Shown: positions 46,189-56,403, counted from the first letter of the stretch. The stretch: 59,440 bases of DNA from Eubacteriales bacterium (GCA_045632065.1 JAZQWA010000087.1:1-59440), one strand, 5' to 3'. Numbers and translations are program-made. The notes: generated by a model not told the origin, from the sequence alone.

Positions 46189-47571
46189 TTATAAATATTT
46201 GTTTTGAATTTCTTCCTTGATTTTGCCAAATAGATAGTAGCTATATACAACAAATACGAGGCAGAAAACGAAGGAAATAGGCCAAAGCCCCCTGATGTGT
46301 CCTCTTGTCAGAGTGATTATCAGCTTCACAACCTCAACAACAACTCCAATAGCAACCCAGCCGATGCATTTTTTCTTCATACCAAGGTGATATTCGGCAT
46401 CAAGCGAGCCGTAATTTTCGCTTTTTTTACTTATACCTGTGCGTTTTTTTACAAATTTAATAAGAGCATCGCCAACAAACACCAAAAGCAATACAAAGGC
46501 TAAAAATTCTAATATCGAAGTAAGTATTACAGTCATATATTTTGCATCCGCAACCGTGGAAATCGGAAGCTGCTCGTATGTAAATTTGTTAAGGAACAGT
46601 ATCTCAAGAATATATCTCACAAGCGAGGTAACAGTGAAGACTGCCGAGGTAATAATAATCTTACCTGTCCCCTTGATAAAAGCAGATGCCATTGCAAATA
46701 TAAATATCACAGCAATTCCGAAAAGGAAATCTGGGACAATGTTTATACCGTCAAGCTTTCTGGCTGAAAAATCGAAGAGCAGAATAGTTGAAACGGTCAT
46801 TAGAGTTAAAAAATTCTGTAATTTTTTTACATTAATCCTGCTTTTTATTTCTTCGCGGCGTATATCGTCAATCATGCCGTCTGCCGCAGATTGAATTTTG
46901 CCCTCTTCACATACAGTCTTAATGAATTTAGAAGCAATATATGTGAAGATAATGCCGAAAATAAGGATTGTTAAAAAGGCAGCCGTGATTGTATAAGGAT
47001 ATAGGAGCGTAGCGTTAAAATACTTGGGATTAAGCTCCGCATTTGTGCTTGTGAGGAGTAAAAACTCGGGTAAAATGTTCAAAGCGCCCCTGCATACCGC
47101 AAAAACGTAGCACAAAATACGAAGTCCGTCAGGGCTCATATCCTTTGTGCCCGAAAGCTTAAATGGGGTAATAAGCGACGCAGCATCCGAGCGCTGACCG
47201 AGATATGAAAGCGCCGAAAACAGATTGCTTATGGCATTTATGGAAAGAAAAATCTCAACCACCGCAAAAACAAAGGTAAAGAGCACTCTTACGTCACTCT
47301 CACGCAGGTTTTGCGAGGTTATTCTTATCATTAATATAAATGTAGGTATTTTTGCAAGACTGAGAAGCCCCAGCTTGAAAAATGCATTTCTTGCTTCTTC
47401 AAAATACGGCGTGCGCTGCGCATAGTAACCCAGCGCCGAAACCATTATAAAGCAACCGATAAAGTCGGGGAAGTAATCGAAAATATTTACAAGGGGATTG
47501 CTCAGCATTACTACCGCAAGGATGAGAAGTCCTGGCGAAAGCTGCCCCTCGGGCCTTCTTTTAGAAGACAT
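46189..47571 (-). CDS. Hypothetical polytopic membrane protein with an apparent internal duplication
   Basis: 460 aa, about 11 hydrophobic segments; NIFDYFPDFIG and GINIVPDFLFG begin two similar halves; tightly coupled to the upstream gene. Confidence 0.75.
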   Translation of the reverse strand: MSSKRRPEGQLSPGLLILAVVMLSNPLVNIFDYFPDFIGCFIMVSALGYYAQRTPYFEEARNAFFKLGLLSLAKIPTFILMIRITSQNLRESDVRVLFTFVFAVVEIFLSINAISNLFSALSYLGQRSDAASLITPFKLSGTKDMSPDGLRILCYVFAVCRGALNILPEFLLLTSTNAELNPKYFNATLLYPYTITAAFLTILIFGIIFTYIASKFIKTVCEEGKIQSAADGMIDDIRREEIKSRINVKKLQNFLTLMTVSTILLFDFSARKLDGINIVPDFLFGIAVIFIFAMASAFIKGTGKIIITSAVFTVTSLVRYILEILFLNKFTYEQLPISTVADAKYMTVILTSILEFLAFVLLLVFVGDALIKFVKKRTGISKKSENYGSLDAEYHLGMKKKCIGWVAIGVVVEVVKLIITLTRGHIRGLWPISFVFCLVFVVYSYYLFGKIKEEIQNKYL

Positions 47572-47573
47572 AG

Positions 47574-48260
47574 CTATTTTTTCCTTTGCTTTTTATTTTT
47601 GCTTTGCATTTTCTTCAGCTTGTACTCGGCAAATTCACGACTTTTTTCTTCTTCACGACGTCTGAACTCGTTGACAAACCCGAATTTAGACGGCTTCTCC
47701 TCCATCTCATAATCCTCAGGCATACAAATTCTCATGTAACAGGAATAAATGGAGCAGAGATTCATTACTATCACCGCCAGCGTAGCCACTATGGTGAAGG
47801 CATACAGAGTTACCAGAACCTTTGGCGCAATGAATTTGGCAAGCAGTGCGCTTTCGAGGAAAATATTCAATGCGTACACGCCAACGCTCATATATGACCG
47901 TAGCCTTGCCTTTGCCGCAATTTCACGAAGCCCAACCTCGTCGGCCACCTCGCGAATACCGTTCAGTATAAGGAAGCTTAATGCGGCAACTATCAGATGC
48001 CTGAATATCGCAGGCAGGAATATAAGAGCCGATGCGCTGTCAATGTGGATAAACATACCAAGGCAGGCAACCGCAAGCTCGAAAATACCAAGCAGGGTGA
48101 AGCCCACCGAGCCGTAAAATGCGAACCTGAAGCCGTCGTTGATTTTATACAGCTTGTATAGCGCGTACATAATCAACACGGCAGAGGCAGCATCGGTGTA
48201 GTCACAGTAGGGGAAATTAAGCAGGAAGAAATAGCCTATAAAGAGTATTCCAAATCCCAT
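47574..48260 (-). CDS. Hypothetical membrane protein
   Basis: 228 aa, about 6 TM segments, basic C-terminal tail; starts 3 bp after the secA stop. Confidence 0.78.
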   Translation of the reverse strand: MGFGILFIGYFFLLNFPYCDYTDAASAVLIMYALYKLYKINDGFRFAFYGSVGFTLLGIFELAVACLGMFIHIDSASALIFLPAIFRHLIVAALSFLILNGIREVADEVGLREIAAKARLRSYMSVGVYALNIFLESALLAKFIAPKVLVTLYAFTIVATLAVIVMNLCSIYSCYMRICMPEDYEMEEKPSKFGFVNEFRRREEEKSREFAEYKLKKMQSKNKKQRKK

Positions 48261-48263
48261 AGC

Positions 48264-51014
48264 TTAATCTCTGTCTGCGGTTTCGTTGAGACCGCAGCAT
48301 TTTTTGTATTTCTTACCGCTTCCGCAGGGACAGGGATCGTTTCTGCCAACTTTCTTGGAAACAGCAGGCTTTCTGACGATTTTATTTTCACCGCCGAAGC
48401 CCTCGGAGGTAGGCTTTGCAACCTGAACACGCTCGGTAGCCTGAGGTCTCGGAACAACCGAAAGCACCTGCCTTACGGTGTCCTCCTTAATGTCGTCAAC
48501 CATCTGGTCGAACATATCCGCGCCCTGAATTCTGTATATAGCAACAGGGTCTCTCTGCGCATAAGAGTTAAGACCAACGTATTCCTTCAGCTCATCCATA
48601 GCCTCGAGGTGATCCATCCACTTCTTGTCTACGTTCTGAAGAAGAATAACCTTTTCAACCTCACGCATAGCGTTTTCCTTAATGCCGGGAAGAGAAGAGA
48701 ACAGCGCATCCTTGGACTTGTAAATTTCAAGAGCTCTCTCTACAAGCTCTTCCTTCCACTCGTCCTTGTCGATGCTTTGGAGCTCCTCTTCGGTGTAGTT
48801 AAAGTTCTTCTTGTCGGTGAGAATTCCGAGATAGTGGTTTCTGAACTCGTCGAACTTCCAATCCGCAGGAGTATCAACGCCGAAGCAGAAATCAAAGGTC
48901 TCCTCAACCGAGTTTCTTATCATAGAAGTAATCTTTTCCTGAACGTCATCGTTAAGAAGCACCTCGGAACGCTGCTGATAAATAACGTTTCTCTGCTGGT
49001 TCATAACGTCGTCGTAGGTGAGGACGTTCTTTCTTCTGTTGAAGTTGTTATCCTCAATCTTTTTCTGTGCATTTTCAATAGAGCCCGAGAGAATCTTCGC
49101 ATCAATGGGAGTGTTCTCGTCAAGTCCGAGACGCTCGCACATTACACCGATTCTGTCCGAGCCGAAAAGACGCATAAGGTCGTCCTCGAGAGAGAGGAAG
49201 AATCTCGATTCGCCTGGGTCACCCTGTCGTCCTGAACGTCCGCGGAGCTGGTTGTCAATACGTCTTGACTCGTGGCGCTCCGTACCGAGAATGAACAAAC
49301 CGCCCGCATCCCTTACTTTTTTGGCCTCGGGAGCAATTTCCTCGCGGTATTTCTCATAAAGCTCTCTGAACATTGCTCTTGACTCGTTGACAGCCTCGTC
49401 ATTTGAGGGGGCAGAGCTTGTAGCCATAGCAATAAGTCCCTCGTCAATGCCCTTTTTGCGCATATCCGATTTAGCCATATACTCGGGGTTACCGCCAAGC
49501 ATAATGTCAGTACCACGTCCCGCCATGTTGGTGGAAATGGTAACTGCGCCAAATCGACCTGCCTGAGCAACGATTTCGGCTTCCTTTTCGTGATGCTTTG
49601 CGTTAAGAACGGTATGAGGAATTCTCGCTCTCTTAAGAATGTTAGAAAGCTCCTCGGATTTGTCAATAGACACAGTACCTACAAGCACAGGCTGGCCCTT
49701 TTTCTGACACTCGGCAATCTGGCTTATTATTGCGTTAATTTTGCCGTTGTATGTGGTGAATACCGCATCATTATGATCTTTTCTGATCATAGGTCTGTTT
49801 GTAGGAACCTCAACAACGTCGAGTGCGTAAATCTGCTTGAACTCGTCCTCTTCTGTAAGAGCAGTACCGGTCATACCGGAGAGCTTCTTGTACATACGGA
49901 AGTAGTTCTGGAAGGTAATTGTCGCAATAGTGCGGGATTCACGCTGAACGTCAACGCCCTCCTTTGCCTCGATAGCCTGATGGAGACCGTCGTTGTAACG
50001 ACGACCGGGCATAAGACGGCCTGTGAATGCGTCAACAATAATAACTCCGCCGTCCTTAACGATGTAGTCAACCTCGTTCTTCATAACGCCGTGAGCCTTG
50101 ATAGCGGTGTTAACGTGATGGTAAATGCTTGTATTCTGAGGATCGGAAAGGTTGTCGATGTTGAAGAATCTCTCTGCCTTTTCAATACCGTGCTGGGTGA
50201 GAACGGCAGTACGAGCCTTCTCATCAACGATGAAGTCCTCCTCGTAAACATCGAGGTCCTGCTTTGTGTCAACCTCCTTGATTACGTGACGGCTCATAGT
50301 GCGTACCAGCTTATCCGCCATAGCGTAAAGGTCGGTGGACTTTGAGCCCTGACCTGAAATAATAAGAGGAGTTCTCGCCTCGTCTATAAGTATGGAGTCA
50401 ACCTCGTCTACGATGGCGAAGTTGTGGCCTCTCTGTACCATTCTCTCCTTGTAAACCACCATGTTGTCACGAAGATAGTCAAATCCGAGCTCGTTGTTGG
50501 TGGCGTAGGTAATATCCGCGTTATACGCCTCTCTCTTCTCATTTCCGTTCTGACCGTGAACGATAAGACCTGTCTTAAGACCGAGGAAGCCGTAAACTCT
50601 GCCCATCTCGTCGCTGTCACGCTTTGCAAGATAGTCGTTTACGGTAACAATATGCACGCCCTTGCCTGAAAGAGCGTTAAGATATGCGGGCAGGGTAGCA
50701 ACAAGAGTCTTACCCTCACCGGTTTTCATTTCTGCAATACGTCCCTGGTGGAGAAGTATACCGCCTATAAGCTGAACTCGGAAGGGTCTTTTGCCAAGCA
50801 CGCGCTCGTCAGCCTCGCGTACCAGAGCAAATGCCTCAGGGAGAATATCGTCAAGAGTCTTGCCGTCAGCAAGGTCTCCTTTAAGCTTTTGAGTGTATTC
50901 CTTCATCTCGTCGTCGGTCATAGCCCCAAACTTGTCGGCAAGGCGCTCAATCTCTTCAACGATAGGCATAATCCTCTTTATCTGCTTTTCACTGTATGTT
51001 TTGAAAAATCCCAT
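48264..51014 (-). CDS. secA: Preprotein translocase ATPase SecA
   Basis: AEMKTGEGKT, VDEVDSILIDEARTPLIIS, TNMAGRGTDI, RRIDNQLRGRSGRQGDPG, SEC-C motif GRNDPCPCGSGKKYKKCCG. Confidence 0.98.
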   Translation of the reverse strand: MGFFKTYSEKQIKRIMPIVEEIERLADKFGAMTDDEMKEYTQKLKGDLADGKTLDDILPEAFALVREADERVLGKRPFRVQLIGGILLHQGRIAEMKTGEGKTLVATLPAYLNALSGKGVHIVTVNDYLAKRDSDEMGRVYGFLGLKTGLIVHGQNGNEKREAYNADITYATNNELGFDYLRDNMVVYKERMVQRGHNFAIVDEVDSILIDEARTPLIISGQGSKSTDLYAMADKLVRTMSRHVIKEVDTKQDLDVYEEDFIVDEKARTAVLTQHGIEKAERFFNIDNLSDPQNTSIYHHVNTAIKAHGVMKNEVDYIVKDGGVIIVDAFTGRLMPGRRYNDGLHQAIEAKEGVDVQRESRTIATITFQNYFRMYKKLSGMTGTALTEEDEFKQIYALDVVEVPTNRPMIRKDHNDAVFTTYNGKINAIISQIAECQKKGQPVLVGTVSIDKSEELSNILKRARIPHTVLNAKHHEKEAEIVAQAGRFGAVTISTNMAGRGTDIMLGGNPEYMAKSDMRKKGIDEGLIAMATSSAPSNDEAVNESRAMFRELYEKYREEIAPEAKKVRDAGGLFILGTERHESRRIDNQLRGRSGRQGDPGESRFFLSLEDDLMRLFGSDRIGVMCERLGLDENTPIDAKILSGSIENAQKKIEDNNFNRRKNVLTYDDVMNQQRNVIYQQRSEVLLNDDVQEKITSMIRNSVEETFDFCFGVDTPADWKFDEFRNHYLGILTDKKNFNYTEEELQSIDKDEWKEELVERALEIYKSKDALFSSLPGIKENAMREVEKVILLQNVDKKWMDHLEAMDELKEYVGLNSYAQRDPVAIYRIQGADMFDQMVDDIKEDTVRQVLSVVPRPQATERVQVAKPTSEGFGGENKIVRKPAVSKKVGRNDPCPCGSGKKYKKCCGLNETADRD

Positions 51015-51196
51015 TTTATATGTCCTTTCGGGAAATTATAATTAACCAATGTGTTATAACAAATATTATAACACATAAAAAAGGAAAAATAAAGTAATAA
51101 TTTGAAATTTATTATTTTTTTACATTCTGAAAACAACCCTTGTAATTTTTTGACCTTTATGATAAAATATCATTAACAAAATTCAAGAGGACAAAA

Positions 51197-51658
51197 ATGA
51201 TTAACATAGTATTATATTCGCCCGAAATTCCGCAGAATACGGGTAATATTTCACGTACCTGCGCCGTAACGGGAGCAAGACTTCATATTATCAAGCCAAT
51301 CGGTTTTGAAATTTCCGACCGCACCCTGAAGCGAGCAGGGCTTGACTATTGGGATAAGCTCGACGTTACGTACTACGAAAATTACGAGGACTTTTTAAGC
51401 CGTAACGACGGCGCAGTTATGTATTTTTTCACTGCCCACGCAGAGAAGAGATTTGCCGAGGTGGAATATCCCGATAACGTCTTTCTCGTCTTTGGCAGAG
51501 AGTCGGTTGGACTCCCGAAGGAGCTTGTAGAGGCAAACAAGGAGTGGACTCTGCGTATTCCCATGCGTAAAACACTTCGTTGCCTGAACCTGTCAAACTC
51601 GGTTGCCATAGCCGTATACGAGGTTTTGAGACAGCAGGACTACAAAGGACTTGAATAG
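51197..51658 (+). CDS. trmL: tRNA (cytidine/uridine(34)-2'-O)-methyltransferase
   Basis: PEIPQNTGNI, KRAGLDYW, FGRESVGL, RIPM, LNLSN. Confidence 0.94.
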   Translation: MINIVLYSPEIPQNTGNISRTCAVTGARLHIIKPIGFEISDRTLKRAGLDYWDKLDVTYYENYEDFLSRNDGAVMYFFTAHAEKRFAEVEYPDNVFLVFGRESVGLPKELVEANKEWTLRIPMRKTLRCLNLSNSVAIAVYEVLRQQDYKGLE

Positions 51659-51668
51659 GAGAATACAT

Positions 51669-52799
51669 ATGAAAAACAAAGGCAGAAAAGCGATTGCAGG
51701 CTTTTTATCAAACCTGCTTTTAGGTGTGCTTATGGGCGTATCCATGTGCGCTGTTGGGGTAAGCATGCTTTTTGCAGTTCTAAAATCTGAATCATGGCAG
51801 ACCTACCTGATATTTGCCATTGCAATTCTCGAATACGTCATTTTAACCGCTGCCCACGAGGCAGGACATCTTGTTTTTGGACTTATAAGCGGATATAGCT
51901 TTTGCTCGTATAGAATAGGTAGTCTTATGTGGATTAAGCTCCCCGAGGGCATAAGGCTTCGCAAAATGTCTCTTGCAGGCACAGGCGGACAATGCCTGAT
52001 GATACCGCCCGAGGCAAAGGACGGTAAAATTCCCGTGTTCCTTTACAACATGGGAGGCGTGCTGGCGAACCTGGTTATAGCCTGTGCGCTGCTCGTTTTG
52101 TGTATTCTCGTATGGAGTATGCCTGTTCTTCCTTATGCATTTATCATTGGCGCTGAATTTTCGCTTATTATGGCGCTCTTTAACGGCTTGCCTCTTAGGG
52201 TTGGGGGAATCGCAAACGACGGTATGAATGCCTTTTCCTTGAGAAAGGATATTCATGCCAACGATGCCTTTCGCAAACAACTGCTCATAAATGGCGAGCA
52301 GACCCGCGGTATCAGGCTTTCCAATATGCCTATGGAATGGTTTAGTATGCCTAAAAATACCGATATGAATAATCCTATCTGTGCCTCTGTTCCTGTGCTT
52401 TATTGCAACCGTCTTATTGATTCGGAGAATTTTGATGAGGCAGAGAAGTCTATTTTGAATTTGATAAATGACGATAACGGACTTATCGGAATGTATCGCA
52501 GTATGCTTATTTCCGACTTGATTTACTGTCTGCTTCTTAAAGGCGAGAATGACCGCGCCGCCAAATATTACACAAAAGAGCAGAGAGCCTTTATGAATTC
52601 ATTAAATAGCATACCGAGTATTCTTCGTACCGAATATGCCCTTGCAATCTGTAGAATTGATAACGCTCGAAATGCGGAAAAAATCAAAAAGATTTTTGAA
52701 AAAATAGCAAAAAAATATCCCTATCAAACCGATATTGCACTCGATAATAAGCTGATTTCTTTGATAGAGGCAAAAATGAAAAACCAAACTATAAATTAA
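51669..52799 (+). CDS. M50 family (site-2 protease-like) membrane metallopeptidase with helical C-terminal domain
   Basis: AHEAGH after TM helices, GGVLAN, NGLP....NDG; ATG 51669 follows AGGAG. Confidence 0.8.
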   Translation: MKNKGRKAIAGFLSNLLLGVLMGVSMCAVGVSMLFAVLKSESWQTYLIFAIAILEYVILTAAHEAGHLVFGLISGYSFCSYRIGSLMWIKLPEGIRLRKMSLAGTGGQCLMIPPEAKDGKIPVFLYNMGGVLANLVIACALLVLCILVWSMPVLPYAFIIGAEFSLIMALFNGLPLRVGGIANDGMNAFSLRKDIHANDAFRKQLLINGEQTRGIRLSNMPMEWFSMPKNTDMNNPICASVPVLYCNRLIDSENFDEAEKSILNLINDDNGLIGMYRSMLISDLIYCLLLKGENDRAAKYYTKEQRAFMNSLNSIPSILRTEYALAICRIDNARNAEKIKKIFEKIAKKYPYQTDIALDNKLISLIEAKMKNQTIN

Positions 52800-52813
52800 G
52801 GCAGAATCAAAAA

Positions 52814-53281
52814 ATGAAGAAAATAATGTTTGTATGCCACGGCAATATCTGCCGTAGTCCAATGGCGGAGTTTGTCTTTCTTGATATGCTGAAAAAACGC
52901 GGCCTTTCTGATAAAATAACCGCACTTTCCTCTGCCACCTCTACAGAGGAAATCGGCAACGACGTCCACCGCGGCACAAAGGTAATTTTAACAAAATACA
53001 ACATCCCCTTTAAGCGCAGAGAAGCGGTACAACTCACCCGTGGCGACTATGATAAATATGATTTGTTTGTCGGAATGGACTTGGCAAATATTCGCAATAT
53101 GCATCGCATCTTCGGTACTGACCCCAACGGCAAAATAGTCCGTCTTCTCGACCTTACCGACGAGCCTCGTGACGTTGCAGACCCTTGGTATACAGGAAAT
53201 TTTGAAGTCACCTATCGTGACGTAGTAAAGGGGAGCGAAGCGCTTATCGAACACATAATAAGGGGCTGTCATATTTGGTAA
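52814..53281 (+). CDS. Low molecular weight protein-tyrosine phosphatase
   Basis: FVCHGNICRSPMAE, MD..N, DVADPWY. Confidence 0.93.
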   Translation: MKKIMFVCHGNICRSPMAEFVFLDMLKKRGLSDKITALSSATSTEEIGNDVHRGTKVILTKYNIPFKRREAVQLTRGDYDKYDLFVGMDLANIRNMHRIFGTDPNGKIVRLLDLTDEPRDVADPWYTGNFEVTYRDVVKGSEALIEHIIRGCHIW

Positions 53282-53482
53282 AACCGAAAAAGTCCGAAAA
53301 GGGTACAAAAAAGCACGTACGATAAGCAAAAAAACTGTAAATTAGACAGTAGTAATGCCGAAATCCTACGGATTTCTATAATTTTATGGACTTTTTCTAC
53401 CGCGTTTTGCTGAACTCTCGTCGTACCTATGTACGCCTTCGGTCGCAAAACACGCTTTTTCCTCAAATCTTCCTATCCCCTT
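53260..53482. repeat. Third copy (C) of the structured repeat element, with an extra internal hairpin domain
   Basis: 53399-53470 aligns with 17441-17512 (CTCTCG.CGTA......TACGCCTTCGGTCGCAAA...CTCAAATCT); begins CATATTTGG at 53270; GAAAAAGTCC/GGACTTTTTC encloses a ~110-nt insert. Confidence 0.8.
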
Positions 53483-53489
53483 TCAAGAG

Positions 53490-53531
53490 AAGAGGCTGTC
53501 TCAAATGCAGATGCATTTGAGACAGCCTCTT
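53490..53531. terminator. Long hairpin, probable bidirectional terminator between LMW-PTP and glnA
   Basis: AAGAGGCTGTCTCAAATGCA-ga-TGCATTTGAGACAGCCTCTT perfect 20-bp inverted repeat. Confidence 0.75.
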
Positions 53532-53541
53532 ATTATTAAAA

Positions 53542-54966
53542 TCAAAGATTATAATATTTATCAAACTCTGCAGGGTGGGGAATCTTCGCCATTTCAGCGC
53601 ACTCGGCTCTCTTGGTCTTAACGAAATTCTTGAGAAGCTCCTCGGGGAATACACCACCGACTGTAAGATAATCGTGGTCAGCCTCAAGCGCATCAAGAGC
53701 CTCATCAAGAGAGGTGGGCAGTCCTTTGAGCTTTGCCTTTTCCTCGTCGGAGAGGTGGAAGAGGTTGAAGTCGTAGGGGCCCCAGCCTTCCTTGTGAGGA
53801 TCAATCTTGTTCTTCACACCGTCAAGACCTGCCATAAGAATTGCCGCATAGCAGAAGTAGGGGTTGCAGGTTGCATCGGGGTTGCGAAGCTCGAAGCGAC
53901 GCTTGTCAGGGCTCTTTGCATAAGCAGGGATTCTGATAACCGCACTTCTGTTAGAGGTGGCGTAACCAACGGTTACAGGAGCCTCAAATCCGGGAACAAG
54001 TCGCTTGAAGGAGTTTGTAGAGGGGTTTGTAATTGCGCAAAGTGAAGCGATATGCTTCAGAATACCGCCCATGAAGTAGTGCGCAGTCTCAGAAAGATGA
54101 GCATAGCCGTTGTCATCAGAGAATACAGGTTCACCATCCTTGAAGAGAAGCATATGCACGTGCATACCGCTGCCTGCCTCACCGTAAATGGGCTTGGGCA
54201 TAAAGGTTGCGCTCTTGCCGTACTTAAGAGCAGTGTTGTGAATGATATACTTTATCATCATGGTAGCATCAGCCATGTGCACAACCTCGCCGAGCTGAGG
54301 CTCAATCTCAAACTGACCGCTTGCCGCAACCTCGGGGTGATGATAGTTTATCTCAATTCCTGCATCAAGCATGTGCAGACACATCTCGCTTCTGCATTCG
54401 TAGGAAATGTCGAAGGGCTTTGCAATATGATAGTTCTTCTGCTTGGGCACGATAACCCCCTTGCCCTCGACAGCGCTGTTCCAGTAGGACTGCTTTGCAT
54501 CCATAGAAACACCGATGCTGTTAGGAGCAACCTCCCAGCCAATGTCGTCGAAGAGATAGAACTCGAACTCTGGCAGAATCTTCATTTCGTCTGCAACACC
54601 GCTCGCCTTCATGTAATCAACTGCCGCCTTGATAATGTTTCTGGGATACTGGGGCAGGGGACGGTTCTTAGGATAATCAATAATCATCGCATTTCCCGTC
54701 ATGGAAAGTGTGGGAATCTCGCAGAATGGGTCAACAAGCGCAGTATCGGGGTCGGGAATAAACACCATATCACTCTTTTCAACCATTGCGTATCCGTAAT
54801 TGGAAGCATCGAAGCCGATACCGCTCACCATAACCTCCTCGGAGAAATTCTCCGCGGGAATAGTCACGTGACGGTACTGACCGTTGATGTCTACCATCTT
54901 GAAATCAACCATCTTGATTCCGTTTTCTTTTATAAACGTCAAAACGTCCTGAACGCTCTTTGCCAT
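53542..54966 (-). CDS. glnA: Glutamine synthetase type I
   Basis: FDAS, EFEFYLF, HHPEVA, ATFMPKP..GEAGSGMHVH, NSFKRLVPGFEAP, NRSAVIRIP, RFELRNPD; upstream TTGAAA-17-TATAAT (55038-55010). Confidence 0.96.
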   Translation of the reverse strand: MAKSVQDVLTFIKENGIKMVDFKMVDINGQYRHVTIPAENFSEEVMVSGIGFDASNYGYAMVEKSDMVFIPDPDTALVDPFCEIPTLSMTGNAMIIDYPKNRPLPQYPRNIIKAAVDYMKASGVADEMKILPEFEFYLFDDIGWEVAPNSIGVSMDAKQSYWNSAVEGKGVIVPKQKNYHIAKPFDISYECRSEMCLHMLDAGIEINYHHPEVAASGQFEIEPQLGEVVHMADATMMIKYIIHNTALKYGKSATFMPKPIYGEAGSGMHVHMLLFKDGEPVFSDDNGYAHLSETAHYFMGGILKHIASLCAITNPSTNSFKRLVPGFEAPVTVGYATSNRSAVIRIPAYAKSPDKRRFELRNPDATCNPYFCYAAILMAGLDGVKNKIDPHKEGWGPYDFNLFHLSDEEKAKLKGLPTSLDEALDALEADHDYLTVGGVFPEELLKNFVKTKRAECAEMAKIPHPAEFDKYYNL

Positions 54967-55093
54967 AATAAACCTCTTTCGTTTTTCATGTAATTATTTT
55001 TGCAAATTTATTATAACATAATCAAAAAGATTTTTCAACATAAAATAAAGAAATATTGAGTTGTTGTTTAAACCATATTTTTATCAATTTCCC

Positions 55094-55121
55094 TTGCCAT
55101 TTTCAATTTTTATGGTATAAT
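55094..55121 (+). promoter_or_regulatory. sigmaA promoter upstream of the TraX-like gene
   Basis: TTGCCA (55094-55099), 16 bp spacer, TATAAT (55116-55121) with extended TG. Confidence 0.6.
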
Positions 55122-55157
55122 AGAGGTGCTTTTTTATATTATCAAAAGGAATAATAA

Positions 55158-55904
55158 ATGAAAATTAGCTCTGTTCGTTGCCTAAGCGGCAACGTTTTGA
55201 AAATAATTGCGGCAATCTGTATGGTTATCGACCATATGGGAATTCTTTTCTTCCCAAAGGTAATTGCGTGCAGATATATAGGCAGACTTGCCTATCCTAT
55301 CTTCGCATTTATGATTGCCGAGGGCGCGAAATATACCAAAAACAAGCTGAAATATCTTGGAATGATATCAGGCCTTGCATTAATCTGTCAGCTTGTTTAC
55401 TATTTCGCAATGGACGATCTCTATATGTGTATTTTGGTGACCTTCAGCCTTTCCATTGTCACAATTTACGCATTACAATACCTAAAAAAATCTCTTTTTG
55501 CAAGTGAGAGAAATTCACGTGATATAGCTCTCTCTATGACGTTGTTCATACTTACCGTAGCTATGGTTTACGTTGCTAATATGCATCTTGAGATTGACTA
55601 CGGATTTTACGGTTGTATGGCGCCGGTTTTCGTGTCGCTCTTTGATTTCAGAGGCATCGACGTGCCAAAGAAGCTAAAAAACCTTGATAATCATTACGTA
55701 CGCCTAATTATGCTTGGCATCGGAATTCTCGCAATTTGGTTTTCTATGGAAACCAAACAGGATATCCTGTTTGCTTTATTTGCGCTAATGGCGCTTATCC
55801 CGCTTTTCTTCTATTCCGAAAAGCGCGGAAAGGTAAATATGAAGTATTTCTTCTACATCTTCTACCCACTACATCTCGTAGCTCTGCAGGGAATACATTT
55901 TTAA
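55158..55904 (+). CDS. TraX family membrane protein (acyltransferase-like)
   Basis: LKIIAAICMVIDH, GRLAYPIFAFMIAEG..YT, DYG, KYFFYIFYPLHL. The C-terminus may be clipped by a 1-nt deletion (the other frame ends FLINKG at 55918). Confidence 0.85.
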   Translation: MKISSVRCLSGNVLKIIAAICMVIDHMGILFFPKVIACRYIGRLAYPIFAFMIAEGAKYTKNKLKYLGMISGLALICQLVYYFAMDDLYMCILVTFSLSIVTIYALQYLKKSLFASERNSRDIALSMTLFILTVAMVYVANMHLEIDYGFYGCMAPVFVSLFDFRGIDVPKKLKNLDNHYVRLIMLGIGILAIWFSMETKQDILFALFALMALIPLFFYSEKRGKVNMKYFFYIFYPLHLVALQGIHF

Positions 55905-55924
55905 TCAACAAAGGATAAGACACA

Positions 55925-56380
55925 ATGAATGAAAACAAAATTAAAGAAGCAATCAGAGCCCTGAAATTTTTGGTTATTTCAATCAGCGCAGGAGTAATAC
56001 AGCTTGGAAGCTTCACTTTGTTCTACGAGCTATTTAAATGGGCTTATTGGCTTGCATACTTTGTCAGCCTCTTGCTATCTATTATTTGGAACTTCACAAT
56101 CAACCGAAAATTCACCTTTAAATCTGCAAACAACGTCAGAAAGGCGATGCTTCAGCTATTGGCGTTCTATGCAGTTTTCACACCCGTTACAATGCTGCTC
56201 GGACAGCTCGTTGAGGGCGGGGGAGTTGACGGACTGATTGTTGAGTCTGTAACTATGGTTTTGAACTTCGTTCTGGAATTCCTTTATTGCAGATTCGTTA
56301 TCTACCGAGATTCCTGCGATACGGCAGCCAAAAATGATAATTCCTTTGACAACGCTACAAAAAGCGAGGCAGAGGAATAA
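55925..56380 (+). CDS. GtrA family membrane protein
   Basis: KFLVIS, WNFTINRKFTFKS, VLNFVLEFLYCRFVIY; 4 TM segments. Confidence 0.87.
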   Translation: MNENKIKEAIRALKFLVISISAGVIQLGSFTLFYELFKWAYWLAYFVSLLLSIIWNFTINRKFTFKSANNVRKAMLQLLAFYAVFTPVTMLLGQLVEGGGVDGLIVESVTMVLNFVLEFLYCRFVIYRDSCDTAAKNDNSFDNATKSEAEE

Positions 56381-56403
56381 AAGCTTCGAATAAAAAAGAA
56401 TAA

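Noticed and set aside
53269..53466. 65-aa minus-strand ORF
   Set aside because: Coincides with the palindromic repeat element; no coding signal.
55158..55904. TraX as evidence of a conjugative element
   Set aside because: No relaxase, T4SS, integrase or att sites; TraX-family genes are commonly stand-alone chromosomal genes in Firmicutes.
56346..56375. TTGACA at the end of gtrA as the riboswitch promoter
   Set aside because: No acceptable -10 at 16-18 bp spacing.
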